Shown here piece after piece: positions 50,776-61,910 of a DNA stretch of 64,000 nucleotides. The translations under genes were made by a program, and so were the position numbers. This DNA comes from Alphaproteobacteria bacterium (lineage in GTDB: Bacteria > Pseudomonadota > Alphaproteobacteria > MPNO01): NCBI GenBank assembly GCA_965248835.1, contig CBDFLJ010000002.1, positions 1,728,001 to 1,792,000 on the forward strand. Reading direction: 5' to 3'. The notes below the pieces were generated by a model. The model did no database searches and was not told the DNA's origin. It saw only the letters and a program-made list of their open reading frames with translations. The first letter of the stretch is position 1; every line of letters begins with the position of its first letter.

Positions 50776-51384
50776 TTGAACGAATCCGATGTCGAAATCT
50801 CCCGGACCGAGAGGGTCCATGACGGATATCTGAAGGTCGACAGGCACCATCTGAGGCACCGGCGCCAGGACGGCGGCTGGACCGAACCCATGATCCGGGA
50901 GTCGATCGAGCGCGGTCATGCGGTGGCCGGCCTGCCCTACGACCCGGTGCGCGAGGAGATGGTGCTGATCGAGCAGTTCCGCATCGGGGCGCTCGCCGCC
51001 GGACTGCCGCCGTGGCAGATCGAGATCATTGCCGGCATCATCGAGCCCGGCGAGTCGCCCACCGCCGTGGCCCGGCGCGAATCCATCGAAGAGGCCGGCT
51101 GCGCGGTGAGCGCGCTGGTGCCGGCCTGCCGTTTCCTGACCAGCCCCGGGGTGATGTCGGAAACCGTCGAGATCTTCATCGGCCGGACCGATACCAACGG
51201 TATCGGCGGCGTCTACGGCGTCCGCGAGGAGGGCGAGGACATAAGGGCGTTCGCGCTGGGGTTCGAGGATGCGATGGCGCTGCTGGACTCCGGCCGCATC
51301 GAGAACGCGCCGGCGATCGCCGGGCTGCTGTGGCTAGGCCGTCACAAGGACAGACTCCGGCGGCGCTGGCTGGCTGAAGAATAG
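50776..51384 (+). CDS. nudF: ADP-ribose pyrophosphatase (NUDIX)
   Basis: EQFR, AGIIEPGES...ARRESIEEAG, EGEDI. Confidence 0.88.
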   Translation: MNESDVEISRTERVHDGYLKVDRHHLRHRRQDGGWTEPMIRESIERGHAVAGLPYDPVREEMVLIEQFRIGALAAGLPPWQIEIIAGIIEPGESPTAVARRESIEEAGCAVSALVPACRFLTSPGVMSETVEIFIGRTDTNGIGGVYGVREEGEDIRAFALGFEDAMALLDSGRIENAPAIAGLLWLGRHKDRLRRRWLAEE

Positions 51385-51509
51385 CGGAAACGGCGGCTCC
51401 AACAGGCTAGGCGGCCGGATTTCAAGGCTCCGCGGTGCAGCCCTCGACGGCGTTAACCAAAAATGCAAGGTTAGCCGGCGCTGGATAGGTTTGGGACAAG
51501 GAAAAAGCG

Positions 51510-52376
51510 GTGGCGGAGTTCGTTGAACCGGATGCGCTGGTCAGCACGAAATGGCTCGCGAAGCGGCTGAGCGAGCCGGAAATTCGCGTTGTCGACTCGA
51601 CGTGGTTCCTGCCCAATGTCGACCGCTCGGGCGGGGCGGAATTCGAAGCCGCCCACATCCCAGGCGCGCGTTACTGGGACATTGACGAGATCGCCGATCC
51701 GGGCGATCCGCGCCCGCATATGCTGCCGAGTCCGGCGGACTTCGAGGCCCAAATGGCGCGGCTCGGGATCGGCGCGGACACGCGCGTCGTGGTCTATGAC
51801 CGGGTCGGCATGATGACCGTCGGTCGGGTGTGGTGGATGCTGCGCTATTTCGGCCATGACGCGGTCTCGATCCTCGATGGCGGGTTCGCGAAGTGGACCG
51901 CCGAGGACCGGCCGGTCGAGAAAGAACCCGGCGTCTCGGCCGGCGCGCCGACGGTGTTCTTGGCCAGGCCGCGGCCGCACATGGTGCGCAGCCTCGACCA
52001 GGTCGCCAGCCTGCTCGAGCGGCCGGAGGAGCAGATCCTCGATGCCCGCTCGCCCGGCCGGTTCAGCGCCGCCGAGCCCGAGCCGCGGCCGGGGTGTCGC
52101 GCCGGCCATATCCCGGGGAGCATGAACCTGCCCTACAACGCCCTGGTCGATCCCGAGACCGGCACGATCCGCCCGGCCCAGGCCCTGTGCTGTCTGTTCG
52201 ACGGCGCCGGCGTCGATGTCGCCAAGCCGGTGGTGACGACGTGCGGCTCGGGCGTGACGGCCTGCATGCTGGCCTTCGGGCTCCATTTGTTGGGCCACGA
52301 TCGGGTCGCGGTCTATGACGGCTCGTGGTCGGAATGGGGCGCGCGGACCGACACGCCGATCGAGCCGGCGCCATGA
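51510..52376 (+). CDS. sseA: 3-mercaptopyruvate sulfurtransferase
   Basis: HIPGA, CGSGVTAC, YDGSWSEWG. Confidence 0.93.
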   Translation: MAEFVEPDALVSTKWLAKRLSEPEIRVVDSTWFLPNVDRSGGAEFEAAHIPGARYWDIDEIADPGDPRPHMLPSPADFEAQMARLGIGADTRVVVYDRVGMMTVGRVWWMLRYFGHDAVSILDGGFAKWTAEDRPVEKEPGVSAGAPTVFLARPRPHMVRSLDQVASLLERPEEQILDARSPGRFSAAEPEPRPGCRAGHIPGSMNLPYNALVDPETGTIRPAQALCCLFDGAGVDVAKPVVTTCGSGVTACMLAFGLHLLGHDRVAVYDGSWSEWGARTDTPIEPAP

Positions 52377-53542
52377 AGGAAGACACGATCATCACCTCCG
52401 TGGGGCGCGACCCCGCGGCGAATCACGGCATCGTCAACCCGCCGGTCTACCACGCCTCGACGATCACGCATGCCAGCGTTGCCGCGCTCGGCGCCGCCCG
52501 CGAGCGCCGGTTCGAGCCCGGCGTCTACACCTACGGCCGACACGGAACGCCGACCCACACGGCGCTCGAGGAAGCGGTCGCGGCAATCGAGGGCGGCGCG
52601 CGTGCGGTCTGCATGGGCTCCGGGCTTGCCGCCATCAACGCCGCGATCCTGGCCTTCGTCGAGGCCGGCGACCACGTCCTGATGGTCGATTCGGTCTACG
52701 GGCCGGCGCGCCGGTTCTGCGATGCCTTTCTCGGCCGGTTCTCGGTCGAGACGACCTATTACGACCCCTGCATCGGTGCCGGGATCGCCGCCCTGATCCG
52801 GCCCAACACCAAGGTCGTCTATGTCGAGTCTCCCGGCTCGCTGACATTCGAGGTCCAGGACATCCCGGCGATCGCCGAGGCGGCGCATGCCGCCGGCGCG
52901 GCCGTGGTCATGGACAACACCTGGGGGGCCGGGCTCTATTTCAAGCCGTTCGAGCATGGCGTCGACGTCTCCGTCCAGGCCGCGACCAAGTACATCGTCG
53001 GGCATTCCGACGTCATGATGGGCACGATCACCACAACCGAAGCGCTGTGGCAGCAGGTGCGCCAGGCGGCGTCGGACCTCGGCGCCTCCTCGGGACCCGA
53101 TGACGTCTATCTCGCACTGCGGGGCTTGCGGACGCTGTCGGTGCGGTTGAAGCGCCACCAGGAGACCGGGATCACGCTCGCGCGCTGGCTGCAGAACCGG
53201 CTCGAAATCCGGCGGGTGATGCACCCTGCCCTGCCCGAGGACCCGGGCCATGCGCTCTGGCAGCGCGATTTCCGCGGCGCCTGCGGATTGTTCGGCGTCG
53301 TGCTCGGCGCGTACTCCGCCACGGCGATCGCCGCCATGCTCGACGGCATGGAGCATTTCGCCATGGGGGCGAGTTGGGGCGGATTCGAGAGTCTGATCCT
53401 GCCGACCAACCCGGCCGGGGTCCGCACGGCGAAGGCCTGGACCGAGGGACCGACGATCCGGATTCATGCCGGGCTGGAAGATCCCGAGGACCTGATCGCC
53501 GATCTCGAGCGCGGGCTCGCGCGGCTCACCGCTTCGGATTGA
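52373..53542 (+). CDS. metC: Cystathionine beta-lyase
   Basis: [36 protein letters not shown]. Confidence 0.93.
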   Translation: MKEDTIITSVGRDPAANHGIVNPPVYHASTITHASVAALGAARERRFEPGVYTYGRHGTPTHTALEEAVAAIEGGARAVCMGSGLAAINAAILAFVEAGDHVLMVDSVYGPARRFCDAFLGRFSVETTYYDPCIGAGIAALIRPNTKVVYVESPGSLTFEVQDIPAIAEAAHAAGAAVVMDNTWGAGLYFKPFEHGVDVSVQAATKYIVGHSDVMMGTITTTEALWQQVRQAASDLGASSGPDDVYLALRGLRTLSVRLKRHQETGITLARWLQNRLEIRRVMHPALPEDPGHALWQRDFRGACGLFGVVLGAYSATAIAAMLDGMEHFAMGASWGGFESLILPTNPAGVRTAKAWTEGPTIRIHAGLEDPEDLIADLERGLARLTASD

Positions 53543-53578
53543 GCCCGCTTCGCCTTCGCTTCGGCGCAATCGGGCCTT

Positions 53579-53607
53579 AAATTGGAGCGCACCAAATTGG
53601 AGCGCAC
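53579..53607. repeat. 14 bp tandem direct repeat upstream of hisI
   Basis: AAATTGGAGCGCAC at 53579-53592 and 53594-53607. Confidence 0.8.
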
Positions 53608-53627
53608 TGCGGCGCGGGAAGGCAACG

Positions 53628-54032
53628 ATGAACATATCCGAGGTCGGGATCGCCGAAGCCTTGAAGGAAATCGTCTTCGACGGCGACGGGCTGGTCCCGG
53701 CGATCGCCCAGCAGCATGATACGGGCGAGGTCCTGATGATGGCCTGGATGAGCGCGGAGTCGGTCGCGGAGTCCTTGCGCACCGGGCGGGTATGCTATTT
53801 CTCCCGCTCCCGCCAAGCGTTGTGGCGCAAAGGGGAGACCTCGGGACAGACCCAGCGGCTGGTCGCCTTCCGCCTCGACTGCGACGGCGATACGGTTCTG
53901 CTCGCGGTCGACCAGAAGGGCGTCGCCTGCCATACCGGCCGGCGGCGGTGCTTCTACCGCCTCGCCGGCGCGGACGGTCTTGCCGTCGTCGAGGATGTCG
54001 AGATCGAACCCGGGGAGCTCTACGGCCGATGA
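53628..54032 (+). CDS. hisI: Phosphoribosyl-AMP cyclohydrolase
   Basis: [25 protein letters not shown]. Confidence 0.95.
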   Translation: MNISEVGIAEALKEIVFDGDGLVPAIAQQHDTGEVLMMAWMSAESVAESLRTGRVCYFSRSRQALWRKGETSGQTQRLVAFRLDCDGDTVLLAVDQKGVACHTGRRRCFYRLAGADGLAVVEDVEIEPGELYGR

Positions 54033-55105
54033 CCGAAACCCGCGTCCCGCCCGAGCCCGAGGAGATCGTCCAGACCTCGCTGCTCACCGGTTTCCTGGGC
54101 AGCGGCAAGACGACGCTGATCAATGCGCTGCTCAAGCACCCGGACATGTCCGAGACCGCGGTGCTGGTCAACGAGTTCGGCGAGATCGGGCTCGACCATC
54201 ACCTGATCGAGCAGATCGACGAGGACACGGTGCTGCTCAATGCCGGATGCCTGTGCTGCACCGTGCGCGACGACTTGGCGCGTGCGCTGCGCGAGCTGTT
54301 CATCAAGCGCGTCAAGGGCGAGGTGCCGGCGTTCTCGCGCGTCCTGATCGAGACCACCGGGCTGGCCGATCCGGCGCCCGTCATCCACACCTTGATGACC
54401 GACCGCGTGATCGCCAACCGGTTCGCGCTCGACGGCGTGCTCACGACCGTCGATGGCGTCAACGCCGACCTCCAGTTCGAGCGCCACCGCGAGTCGGTCA
54501 AGCAGGCTGCGGTCGCAGACCGGATCGTCATCACCAAGTGCGATCTGGCCGAGGCGGACGACCTCGATCGGCTGGAGCAAAGCCTGCGCGCGCTCAACCC
54601 GGGGGCGGCGATCCTGCGCGTCGAGCACGGCGACATCCACCCCGACGCGCTGTTCGATACCGGGCTCTACAACCCCGAAACCAAGAGCCTGGATGTCCAG
54701 CGCTGGCTGCGCGACGAGGCCTATGCCGATCAGAGCCGCGACGACCAGGGACATCATCATCACCAGCACGACGTCAACCGCCATGACGAGTCGATCCGCG
54801 CCTACTGCGTCCGCTACGATGAGCCGCTCGACTGGGAGGCCTTCGTCGGCTGGATCCGAACCCTGATCGCCACCCACGGCGAGTGCCTGCTGCGCATCAA
54901 GGGCATCGTCCACGTCGCCGGCCGGGACAAGCCGATCGCCATCCACGGCGTCCAGCACCTGTTCCACGACCCGGCGGAGCTCCCGGACTGGCCCGACCAG
55001 GACCGGCGCACGCGGATCGTCTTCATCACCCAGAATCTCGAGCAGGGCGTGGTCGAAGAGCTGCTGGAGGACTGCCGCAGGCGATCGATCGGCGCGCAGC
55101 GCTGA
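54029..55105 (+). CDS. CobW/COG0523 metal-binding GTPase
   Basis: [23 protein letters not shown], His-rich stretch. Confidence 0.92.
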   Translation: MTETRVPPEPEEIVQTSLLTGFLGSGKTTLINALLKHPDMSETAVLVNEFGEIGLDHHLIEQIDEDTVLLNAGCLCCTVRDDLARALRELFIKRVKGEVPAFSRVLIETTGLADPAPVIHTLMTDRVIANRFALDGVLTTVDGVNADLQFERHRESVKQAAVADRIVITKCDLAEADDLDRLEQSLRALNPGAAILRVEHGDIHPDALFDTGLYNPETKSLDVQRWLRDEAYADQSRDDQGHHHHQHDVNRHDESIRAYCVRYDEPLDWEAFVGWIRTLIATHGECLLRIKGIVHVAGRDKPIAIHGVQHLFHDPAELPDWPDQDRRTRIVFITQNLEQGVVEELLEDCRRRSIGAQR

Positions 55106-55129
55106 TCCGGCCGCTGGACAAATCGATAT

Positions 55130-55945
55130 ATGATATCAATCAGTCCCCTTAACCGGTTGAAAAAACGTTTTTTTTCTTTCGTTTTTCCAGGTTTGGCGGT
55201 GCTTTGGCTGGGACTGGTGGCCGTGCCGGACCGGGCGCGGGCCGCCGATGTCCTTGTGTTCGCCGCAGCAAGCCTTATCAACGGGTTGGAAGAAATTTCT
55301 GCGGATTTCAGTGATCAATACGGGATAAAGGTTTCGGTTTCCTATCAATCGAGCGGCATCCTTGCGCGCCAGATCGCGCGGGGGGCCCCGGCTCAGGTCT
55401 TCGTCTCGGCCAACAAGGCATGGATCGATTATCTCGTCTCGCGCGGTTACCTGCGTTCGGGAGAAATCGGTGTTTTCGCCCGGAACCGTCTGGTTCTCGT
55501 TACCAATCGAGAGTCCGAATTCCCCGCGGGGCTGAGCCTTTCCGAGGCGCTGACCCGGCATCTTGGCCGCGGCCCGCTGGCCATCGGCAATCCCGGTCAC
55601 GTCCCTGCCGGCGAGTACGCCAGGACCGCCCTGGTGCAACTCGGACTGTGGGACGGCGTGCTCCGGAGGACCGCCCAGGCTAGCAACGTGCGCGAGGCCC
55701 TGGCCTATATCGAACGCGGCGCGGCGCCGTTGGGCATCGTCTATGCCAGCGACAGCACGGCGAGCGAACGGGTCAGGATCGTGGCCGCCTTTCCGCCCGG
55801 TAGCCATCCCGCGATCGCCTATTGGGCGGGGCTCGTCGCCGGTCCCGCGGCGCGGCGCGAAGGCCGGGACTTCTTCGCCTTCCTGTTCTCACCGGTATCG
55901 GGCTCGATCCTCGCGCGCCACGGGTTTCAGGCGCCGGGCGGCTGA
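55130..55945 (+). CDS. modA: Molybdate ABC substrate-binding protein (start may be TTG 55157)
   Basis: FAAASL, SSGILARQI, VPAGEYA, GIVYASD. Confidence 0.9.
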   Translation: MISISPLNRLKKRFFSFVFPGLAVLWLGLVAVPDRARAADVLVFAAASLINGLEEISADFSDQYGIKVSVSYQSSGILARQIARGAPAQVFVSANKAWIDYLVSRGYLRSGEIGVFARNRLVLVTNRESEFPAGLSLSEALTRHLGRGPLAIGNPGHVPAGEYARTALVQLGLWDGVLRRTAQASNVREALAYIERGAAPLGIVYASDSTASERVRIVAAFPPGSHPAIAYWAGLVAGPAARREGRDFFAFLFSPVSGSILARHGFQAPGG

Positions 55946-55954
55946 ACCACGGCG

Positions 55955-56641
55955 ATGCTGAGCCCACTGGAGACCGAGGCCCTGTTGCTGAGCCTGCGGG
56001 TCGCCTTCTGGTCGGTGCTGTGCAGCCTGCCGCCCGGGATCGCGCTCGCCTGGCTGCTCGCGCGGCGGGAATTCTACGGCAAACCCTTGCTCGATGCGCT
56101 GATCCATCTGCCGCTGGTGGTCCCGCCCGTGGTGGTGGGCTATGTGCTGCTGGTGCTGTTTTCCCGCAGCGGACCGATCGGCGGCCTGCTGGACCGGGCC
56201 TTCGGCATAACGGTCGCGTTCACTTGGCAGGGCGCGGCGCTGGCTGCGGCGATCATGGGCTTCCCCCTGATGGTCCGCGCAATCCGGCTTTCCTACGAGG
56301 CGATCGACCCGCGCCTGGAACAGGCCGCACGAACGCTGGGCGCGGCCAAGCTCGACGTGTTCGCGACCGTGACGCTGCCGCTGCTGGCCAACGGGATCAT
56401 CGCCGGGCTGGTGCTGGCGTTTGCCCGCAGCCTCGGCGAGTTCGGCGCAACGATCGTTTTCGTCTCCTCCATTCCGGGCGAGACCCGGACCCTGCCGTTG
56501 GCGCTCTACGGCCTCGCCCAGACGCCCGGCGGAGAGGCCGGCGCGATGCGGCTTGCGATCATCGCCGCCCTGCTCGCGCTGGCCGCGATGCTTGCCTCGG
56601 CCTGGCTCGCCAGGCGGTTCGTCACCGGCAGCCGAGGCTGA
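55955..56641 (+). CDS. modB: Molybdate ABC permease
   Basis: LPLVVPPVVVG, FARSLGEFGAT. Confidence 0.93.
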   Translation: MLSPLETEALLLSLRVAFWSVLCSLPPGIALAWLLARREFYGKPLLDALIHLPLVVPPVVVGYVLLVLFSRSGPIGGLLDRAFGITVAFTWQGAALAAAIMGFPLMVRAIRLSYEAIDPRLEQAARTLGAAKLDVFATVTLPLLANGIIAGLVLAFARSLGEFGATIVFVSSIPGETRTLPLALYGLAQTPGGEAGAMRLAIIAALLALAAMLASAWLARRFVTGSRG

Positions 56642-56645
56642 TCCG

Positions 56646-57755
56646 ATGACGTCCAGGATCGAGATCGATGTCGACAAGCGCCTGGGCGATTTCTCGCTCA
56701 CGGCCAGCTTCGCCGCGGACGCGACCGGCGTGATCGCGCTGTTCGGCGCTTCGGGTGCCGGCAAGACCAGCGTGATCGACATGATCGCCGGTCTGGTTCG
56801 GCCCGACCGCGGGCGGATCGTGATCGGCGATCGGGTGCTGTTCGATTCCGCCGCCGGGATCGATCGTCCCCCGGAGGCGCGCCGGGCCGGCTATGTGTTC
56901 CAGGACGCCCGCCTGTTCCCGCATCTGAAGGTTGCCGCCAACCTCGAATACGGCCGGCGCCGGGCGCCGCGCGAGGAGCGCGTGGTCTCGTTCGACCAGG
57001 TGGTCGGCGTGCTCGATCTCGCTCACCTGCTCGAACGGCGTACCCGGCATCTTTCCGGCGGCGAGCGTCAGCGGGTCGCCATCGGCCGCGCGCTCCTGAC
57101 CAGCCCGCGGATCCTGCTGATGGACGAGCCCTTGGCTTCCCTCGATCCGGCGCGGCGGATGGAGATCCTGCCGCTGATCGAGCATCTGCGGGATTCCTTT
57201 GCCATTCCGATCGTCTATGTCAGCCACCGGTTCGAGGAGATCGTCCGGCTGGCCGACACGCTGGTGCTGATGCGCGACGGCACGGTGCCGGCAGCCGGAC
57301 CGTTGGAGGAGATGATCAGCCGGCTCGACGACCGCGCGACCGAGACCCACCAGATGGCGGGCAGCGTGATCCACGCCCGAGTCCTCGAGCGCGGCGGGCT
57401 GCACGGCTCGGCCAAGCTGAGCTTCGGCGGCGGGACGATGGTGGTGCCCGATCCCGACCTTGCGCTGGGCGCACCGCTCAGGGTTCACGTCCGTTCGCGG
57501 GACGTCTCGATCGCGCTGTCGCGGCCGGGCGATATCAGCGTCCAGAACATCTTTGCCGGCACGATCGCGGAGGTCCGCGAGTCCACCGGCCCCCATGTCG
57601 ATGTCAGCGTCCGACTCGACGGCCCGGACGGAACGGTCCTGTGGGCGCGGCTGACGCGGCATTCCACCGTCGTGCTCGGGCTCCGCGCCGGGCAGGCGGT
57701 GCATGCGCTGGTCAAGGCGGTGGCGATCGACCCGCTGGGCGGCGGCCGTGCGTAA
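56646..57755 (+). CDS. modC: Molybdate ABC ATPase with TOBE domain
   Basis: GASGAGKT, FQDARLFPHL, LSGGE, ALVKAV. Confidence 0.93.
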   Translation: MTSRIEIDVDKRLGDFSLTASFAADATGVIALFGASGAGKTSVIDMIAGLVRPDRGRIVIGDRVLFDSAAGIDRPPEARRAGYVFQDARLFPHLKVAANLEYGRRRAPREERVVSFDQVVGVLDLAHLLERRTRHLSGGERQRVAIGRALLTSPRILLMDEPLASLDPARRMEILPLIEHLRDSFAIPIVYVSHRFEEIVRLADTLVLMRDGTVPAAGPLEEMISRLDDRATETHQMAGSVIHARVLERGGLHGSAKLSFGGGTMVVPDPDLALGAPLRVHVRSRDVSIALSRPGDISVQNIFAGTIAEVRESTGPHVDVSVRLDGPDGTVLWARLTRHSTVVLGLRAGQAVHALVKAVAIDPLGGGRA

Positions 57756-58365
57756 GCCCGGCTCGATGCGCGCGCTGGAGGCGCTCGGGCGCGTCCGGCT
57801 GTCGCGTTCCTTCTACATGCGCGATTTCCTCTACAGCGAGATCGCAGCCCATTACGGGCTCTCCAACGTCCCCGACGATCCGGACCTCGCCATCGAAGCC
57901 GGTCGCCGGCTTTGCGAGACCTTGCTCGAGCCGCTCAGGGCGACCTTCGGCGCGATCGCCATTCGCTCGGCGCTGCGGTCCTGTGCGGTCAACGCCTTCG
58001 GCAACGCGAACGGCCTGAACTGCGCTTCGAACCCGGCGAGCTACGCGGGCCATATCTGGGACCGCCGCGATGAAGACGGCTGCATGGGTGCGACCGCATG
58101 CATCGTCGTGCCATGGTTCGCCGACCGCTACGCGCGCACCGGTGACTGGCGGCCGATGGCGTGGTTCATCCACGACCATCTGCCATACGCCAGCCTGTGC
58201 TTCTTTCCCAGGCTCGCGGCCTTCAACATCCAGTGGCACGAGCGCCCGAAACGGCGCATCGACAGCTACGCCCCGCCGAAGGGCTGCCTGACCCGCCCCG
58301 GCATGCCCGGCCACGACGCCGATCACGCCGGCCGGTACACCGGCTTCCCCCCGCTGCGGGTGTAA
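57748..58365 (+). CDS. Conserved hypothetical protein, peptidase M15-like
   Basis: GRVRLSRSFYMRDFLYSEIA, LLEPL, IRSA.RS..VN, HIWD. Confidence 0.7.
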   Translation: MRKPGSMRALEALGRVRLSRSFYMRDFLYSEIAAHYGLSNVPDDPDLAIEAGRRLCETLLEPLRATFGAIAIRSALRSCAVNAFGNANGLNCASNPASYAGHIWDRRDEDGCMGATACIVVPWFADRYARTGDWRPMAWFIHDHLPYASLCFFPRLAAFNIQWHERPKRRIDSYAPPKGCLTRPGMPGHDADHAGRYTGFPPLRV

Positions 58366-58387
58366 GGATTTCAGATCGGCAATCGTC

Positions 58388-59359
58388 TCAGGCTGCGGCC
58401 TTCAGGCGGACACGGTCGTGCTGCGCGAGCAGGTCGATCTCCGGGCCGACGGGGACGATGCCGGTCGGGTTGACGTTCTTCTGGCCGCCGTAGTAGCCGC
58501 GCTTGATGCCGTCTATGTCGGTCGCCGCGGCGATCCCGGGGAGCTGGTAGAGCTCGCGCAGGTAGTTGGACAGGTTGTGGTAGTCGCTGATCCGCTTCTT
58601 GTTGCATTTGAAGTGGCTGAAATAGACCACATCGAAGCGCACCAGGGTCGGATAGAACCGCCAATCGGCCTCGGTCAGCCACTCGCCGCACAGGTAGCGG
58701 CGCTCCGCCAGCACCTCTTCGAGGTGGTCGAGCGTGTCGAACAGCTTGTGATAGGCTTCCTCGTAGGCGTCCTGCGACTTGGCGAATCCGGCGCGGTAGA
58801 CGCCGTTGTTGACCGTCGCGTAGATCCTTTCGTTGAAGACGTCGATCTCGCCGCGCAGATCTTCCGGGTAAAGGTCGAGCGCGCGGGCGCCGAGCCCGTC
58901 GAACTCGGTGTTGAGCATCCGGATGATCTCCGAGGACTCGTTGTTGAGGATCTTCCATTCCTGCTTGTCGAACAGCGTGGGCACGGTCACCCGGCCGGTA
59001 TAGTCGGGGTCCGTCGCGACATAGGCCTGGTGCAGCTCGAAAACGCCGTCGATCGGCTCGAGGTCGCGCCCGATCCCTTGCGAATAGGCCCAGCTCCGGG
59101 TTCGCGGCAGGTCGGACAGGGTGATCGAGATCATGTCCTCCAGACCCTTCAGGCGGCGAACGATCTGGGTGCGGTGCGCCCACGGACACGATGGGGCGAG
59201 GAACAGGTGATAGCGGCCGGGCTCGGCCTTGTAGCCCGACGAACCGTCGGCGGTGATCCGCACGCGGAACACCGATTCCGGCCGCACGAAGGCGCCGCCC
59301 TCCGGGTTGCGGTACGCCGCGTCGTCGTCGACCCAGGTCCCTCCGATCACCATGCCCAT
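58388..59359 (-). CDS. yqjG: Glutathionyl-hydroquinone reductase (YqjG-type GST)
   Basis: CPWAHR, TVPTL, NNESSEI, NNGVY, TLVRFD, NPTGIVP. Confidence 0.92.
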   Translation of the reverse strand: MGMVIGGTWVDDDAAYRNPEGGAFVRPESVFRVRITADGSSGYKAEPGRYHLFLAPSCPWAHRTQIVRRLKGLEDMISITLSDLPRTRSWAYSQGIGRDLEPIDGVFELHQAYVATDPDYTGRVTVPTLFDKQEWKILNNESSEIIRMLNTEFDGLGARALDLYPEDLRGEIDVFNERIYATVNNGVYRAGFAKSQDAYEEAYHKLFDTLDHLEEVLAERRYLCGEWLTEADWRFYPTLVRFDVVYFSHFKCNKKRISDYHNLSNYLRELYQLPGIAAATDIDGIKRGYYGGQKNVNPTGIVPVGPEIDLLAQHDRVRLKAAA

Positions 59360-59514
59360 GTCTGTGCTCTCCCGTCTGGCGGCGTCGCTGCCGTGTCTTC
59401 CCCGAAGTTATGTTCGCCGCCCGGCGAAGACAAACCGGCCCACGCCGGGCCGGCTTGACCCCGCCAGCACCGGGCCGCTTACTGTGGCAGGAACTTTCGA
59501 AGGGGGATTGCGGG

Positions 59515-60729
59515 TTGGCCGAGCGGATCATCATCGCCGGTGCCGGACCGGTCGGGATGGTGCTCACCTTGGCGCTCTACAAGCGCGGCGTTCCGGTCAC
59601 GCTGGTGGAGCGCGAGCCGGCCCCGGTCGAGGATCAGCGCGCGGCCTCGATCCAACCCACCTCGGTGGTGATGCTCGACGATCTCGGCGTCGCGGCCGAG
59701 GCGATCGAAAAGGGCTTCAAGGCACCCTACTTCCACTACCGCGACCGCGTCTCGGGCGAGATCGTCGCCGCCTTCGACCACGGTCTTCTGAAGGACGACA
59801 TCCGCTTTCCCTTTGTCGTCCAGTACGAGCAGTTCAAGCTGGTCGAAACCATCATCGGCCACATCGGCAAGACCGACCTGGTCGATTACCGCTTCGACCG
59901 GACGGTCTCCGGCTTCGAGCAATCCGCCGACCGGGTACGGGTCACCATCACCGACGACCGCGGCGACGCCGAGATCCTGGAGGGTCTCTACCTCGTCGGC
60001 TGCGACGGCGGGACATCGCTGGTGCGCAAGGAGGCCGGCATCGCGTTCGTCGGCTTCACCTACTCCGAGCGTTTCGTGAAGATCGCAACGACGTTTGATT
60101 TCTTCGGCACCGAGCGCGGTTATTGCATGCGCAACTTCCTGTCCGATCCCCAGGAGTGGGCGAACCTGTTCCACGTCCCCGGCCGGGGGCCGCCGGGGAT
60201 CTGGCGCATGGTCTTTCCGACCCGTGTGGGCGAGACCGACGCGGAATGCCTGAGCGATGAGGGCGTCCAGGCGCGGCTGCAGAAATTCTTCCCCAAGACG
60301 GGCGACTACCCGGTCGCTTATACCGGGCTCTATTTCGTCCACCAGCGGGTCGCGGAGACCTTCAACAAGGGCCGGGTGCTGCTGGCCGGCGATGCCGCGC
60401 ACGTCAACAACCCGATCGGCGGGCTGGGCATGAACGGCGGCATCCACGATGCGGTGAACCTCGCCGACAAGCTCGCCCGGGTCGTCCAGGACGGCGCGCC
60501 CGAAACCCTGTTCGACCTCTACACCCGCCAGCGGCGCAAGGCGCAGCTGGACGGCGTCCAGGCCGAGACCATCGCCAACAAGAAGCTGATGGAGGCGCGC
60601 GATCCGGCGGTCCGCAAGACTCAACTCGACGCCATGCGGCGGACGGCCGAGGACCCGGTGCTGGCCCGCCGCTATCTCCGCCGCTCCTCGCTGATCGAAA
60701 GCCTGGCGGCGGCCGACGCCGTCGCCTGA
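59515..60729 (+). CDS. FAD-dependent monooxygenase (MhpA/PHBH-like)
   Basis: GAGPVG, GCDGG, LAGDAAH.N.P.GG.GMN. Confidence 0.9.
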   Translation: MAERIIIAGAGPVGMVLTLALYKRGVPVTLVEREPAPVEDQRAASIQPTSVVMLDDLGVAAEAIEKGFKAPYFHYRDRVSGEIVAAFDHGLLKDDIRFPFVVQYEQFKLVETIIGHIGKTDLVDYRFDRTVSGFEQSADRVRVTITDDRGDAEILEGLYLVGCDGGTSLVRKEAGIAFVGFTYSERFVKIATTFDFFGTERGYCMRNFLSDPQEWANLFHVPGRGPPGIWRMVFPTRVGETDAECLSDEGVQARLQKFFPKTGDYPVAYTGLYFVHQRVAETFNKGRVLLAGDAAHVNNPIGGLGMNGGIHDAVNLADKLARVVQDGAPETLFDLYTRQRRKAQLDGVQAETIANKKLMEARDPAVRKTQLDAMRRTAEDPVLARRYLRRSSLIESLAAADAVA

Positions 60730-60752
60730 ACCCAACCCGCACGGAGACCATC

Positions 60753-61910
60753 ATGGATTTCGAGCTGCCCGAAGAGCTCCGGATGATGAAGGACACGCTG
60801 CGGCGCTTCATCGACACCGAGGTCATCCCGATCGAGCGCGAGGCCTATGACGGCCACGAGATGGTCCCCGAAATGCGCGACAAGCTGCAGGCCAGGGCCC
60901 GCGAGCTCGGCATCTGGATGATCGACGTGCCCGAGGAATATGGCGGCATGGGGCTCGGCCTGCTCGCCCGGGTGCTGGTCTGGGAGGAGACCGGGCGCAC
61001 CATCGCCTTCCCGCGACGCAAGCCGTGGATCTTCGGCCATGACGTCAGCCCGATCCTGCTTCAGTTCCTCCGCGAAGACCAGAAGGACAAGTATCTCTGG
61101 CCCTGCCTGCGCGGCGAGAAATATGCCGCCTTCGCCCAGACCGAACCCGATGCCGGCGGCGACCCGGCGAGCATGCGGACCACCGCCGAGCGCGACGGCG
61201 ATCACTATGTGATCAACGGCATGAAGCGGTTCATCACCGGAGCCGACAGGGCGGATTTCGCCCAGGTCGTCTGCGTGACCGACAAGGAAAAGGGTGCGCG
61301 CGGCGGCATCTCGTGCATCCTGGTCGACATGGACACACCGGGCGTCGAGGTCATTCGGCGCCAGGAGACGATGATGGACGACCTGCCCTGCGAGGTCGGC
61401 TTCCAGGACGTCCGCGTGCCGGTGGAAAACCTGATCGGCAACGAGGGCGACGGCTTCCGCATGGCGCAGAACTGGATCACCTTCGGCCGCATGCGCCACG
61501 GCGCCCTGGGACTGGGCACGATGGAACGCTCGCTCGAGCTCGCCGCGTCCTATGCCAAGCAGCGCGTGACCTTCGGCCAGCCGCTTGCCGAACGCCAGTC
61601 GGTGCAGTGGATGCTGGTCGACACCTATGCCGAGATGCACCAGCTCCGGCTGATGCTCTACGACGCCGCCGCGCGCTACGACAGCGGCCAGGACATCCGC
61701 TATCTGACCTACATGTGCAAGTATATCGGCGACCGGCTGGGCTTCACCGCCGCCGACCGCTGCATGCAGATCCACGGCGGCATCGGGCTGACCACCGATC
61801 TGCCGATCGAGAAGCTGTGGCGCGACACCCGCTCGTTCATGATCACCGAAGGCCCGGAGGACATCCTGAAGATGGCGCTCGCCCGCCAGGTGCTGCGCGA
61901 ATACGGTTGA
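60753..61910 (+). CDS. Acyl-CoA dehydrogenase family protein
   Basis: FAQTEPDAGGD, NGMKRFIT, RVTFG, QIHGGIG. Confidence 0.92.
   Translation: MDFELPEELRMMKDTLRRFIDTEVIPIEREAYDGHEMVPEMRDKLQARARELGIWMIDVPEEYGGMGLGLLARVLVWEETGRTIAFPRRKPWIFGHDVSPILLQFLREDQKDKYLWPCLRGEKYAAFAQTEPDAGGDPASMRTTAERDGDHYVINGMKRFITGADRADFAQVVCVTDKEKGARGGISCILVDMDTPGVEVIRRQETMMDDLPCEVGFQDVRVPVENLIGNEGDGFRMAQNWITFGRMRHGALGLGTMERSLELAASYAKQRVTFGQPLAERQSVQWMLVDTYAEMHQLRLMLYDAAARYDSGQDIRYLTYMCKYIGDRLGFTAADRCMQIHGGIGLTTDLPIEKLWRDTRSFMITEGPEDILKMALARQVLREYG

Noticed and set aside
53579-53607. Tandem 14-mer as a regulatory system or mini-array
   Set aside because: Only two copies with no spacer; most likely a slippage duplication
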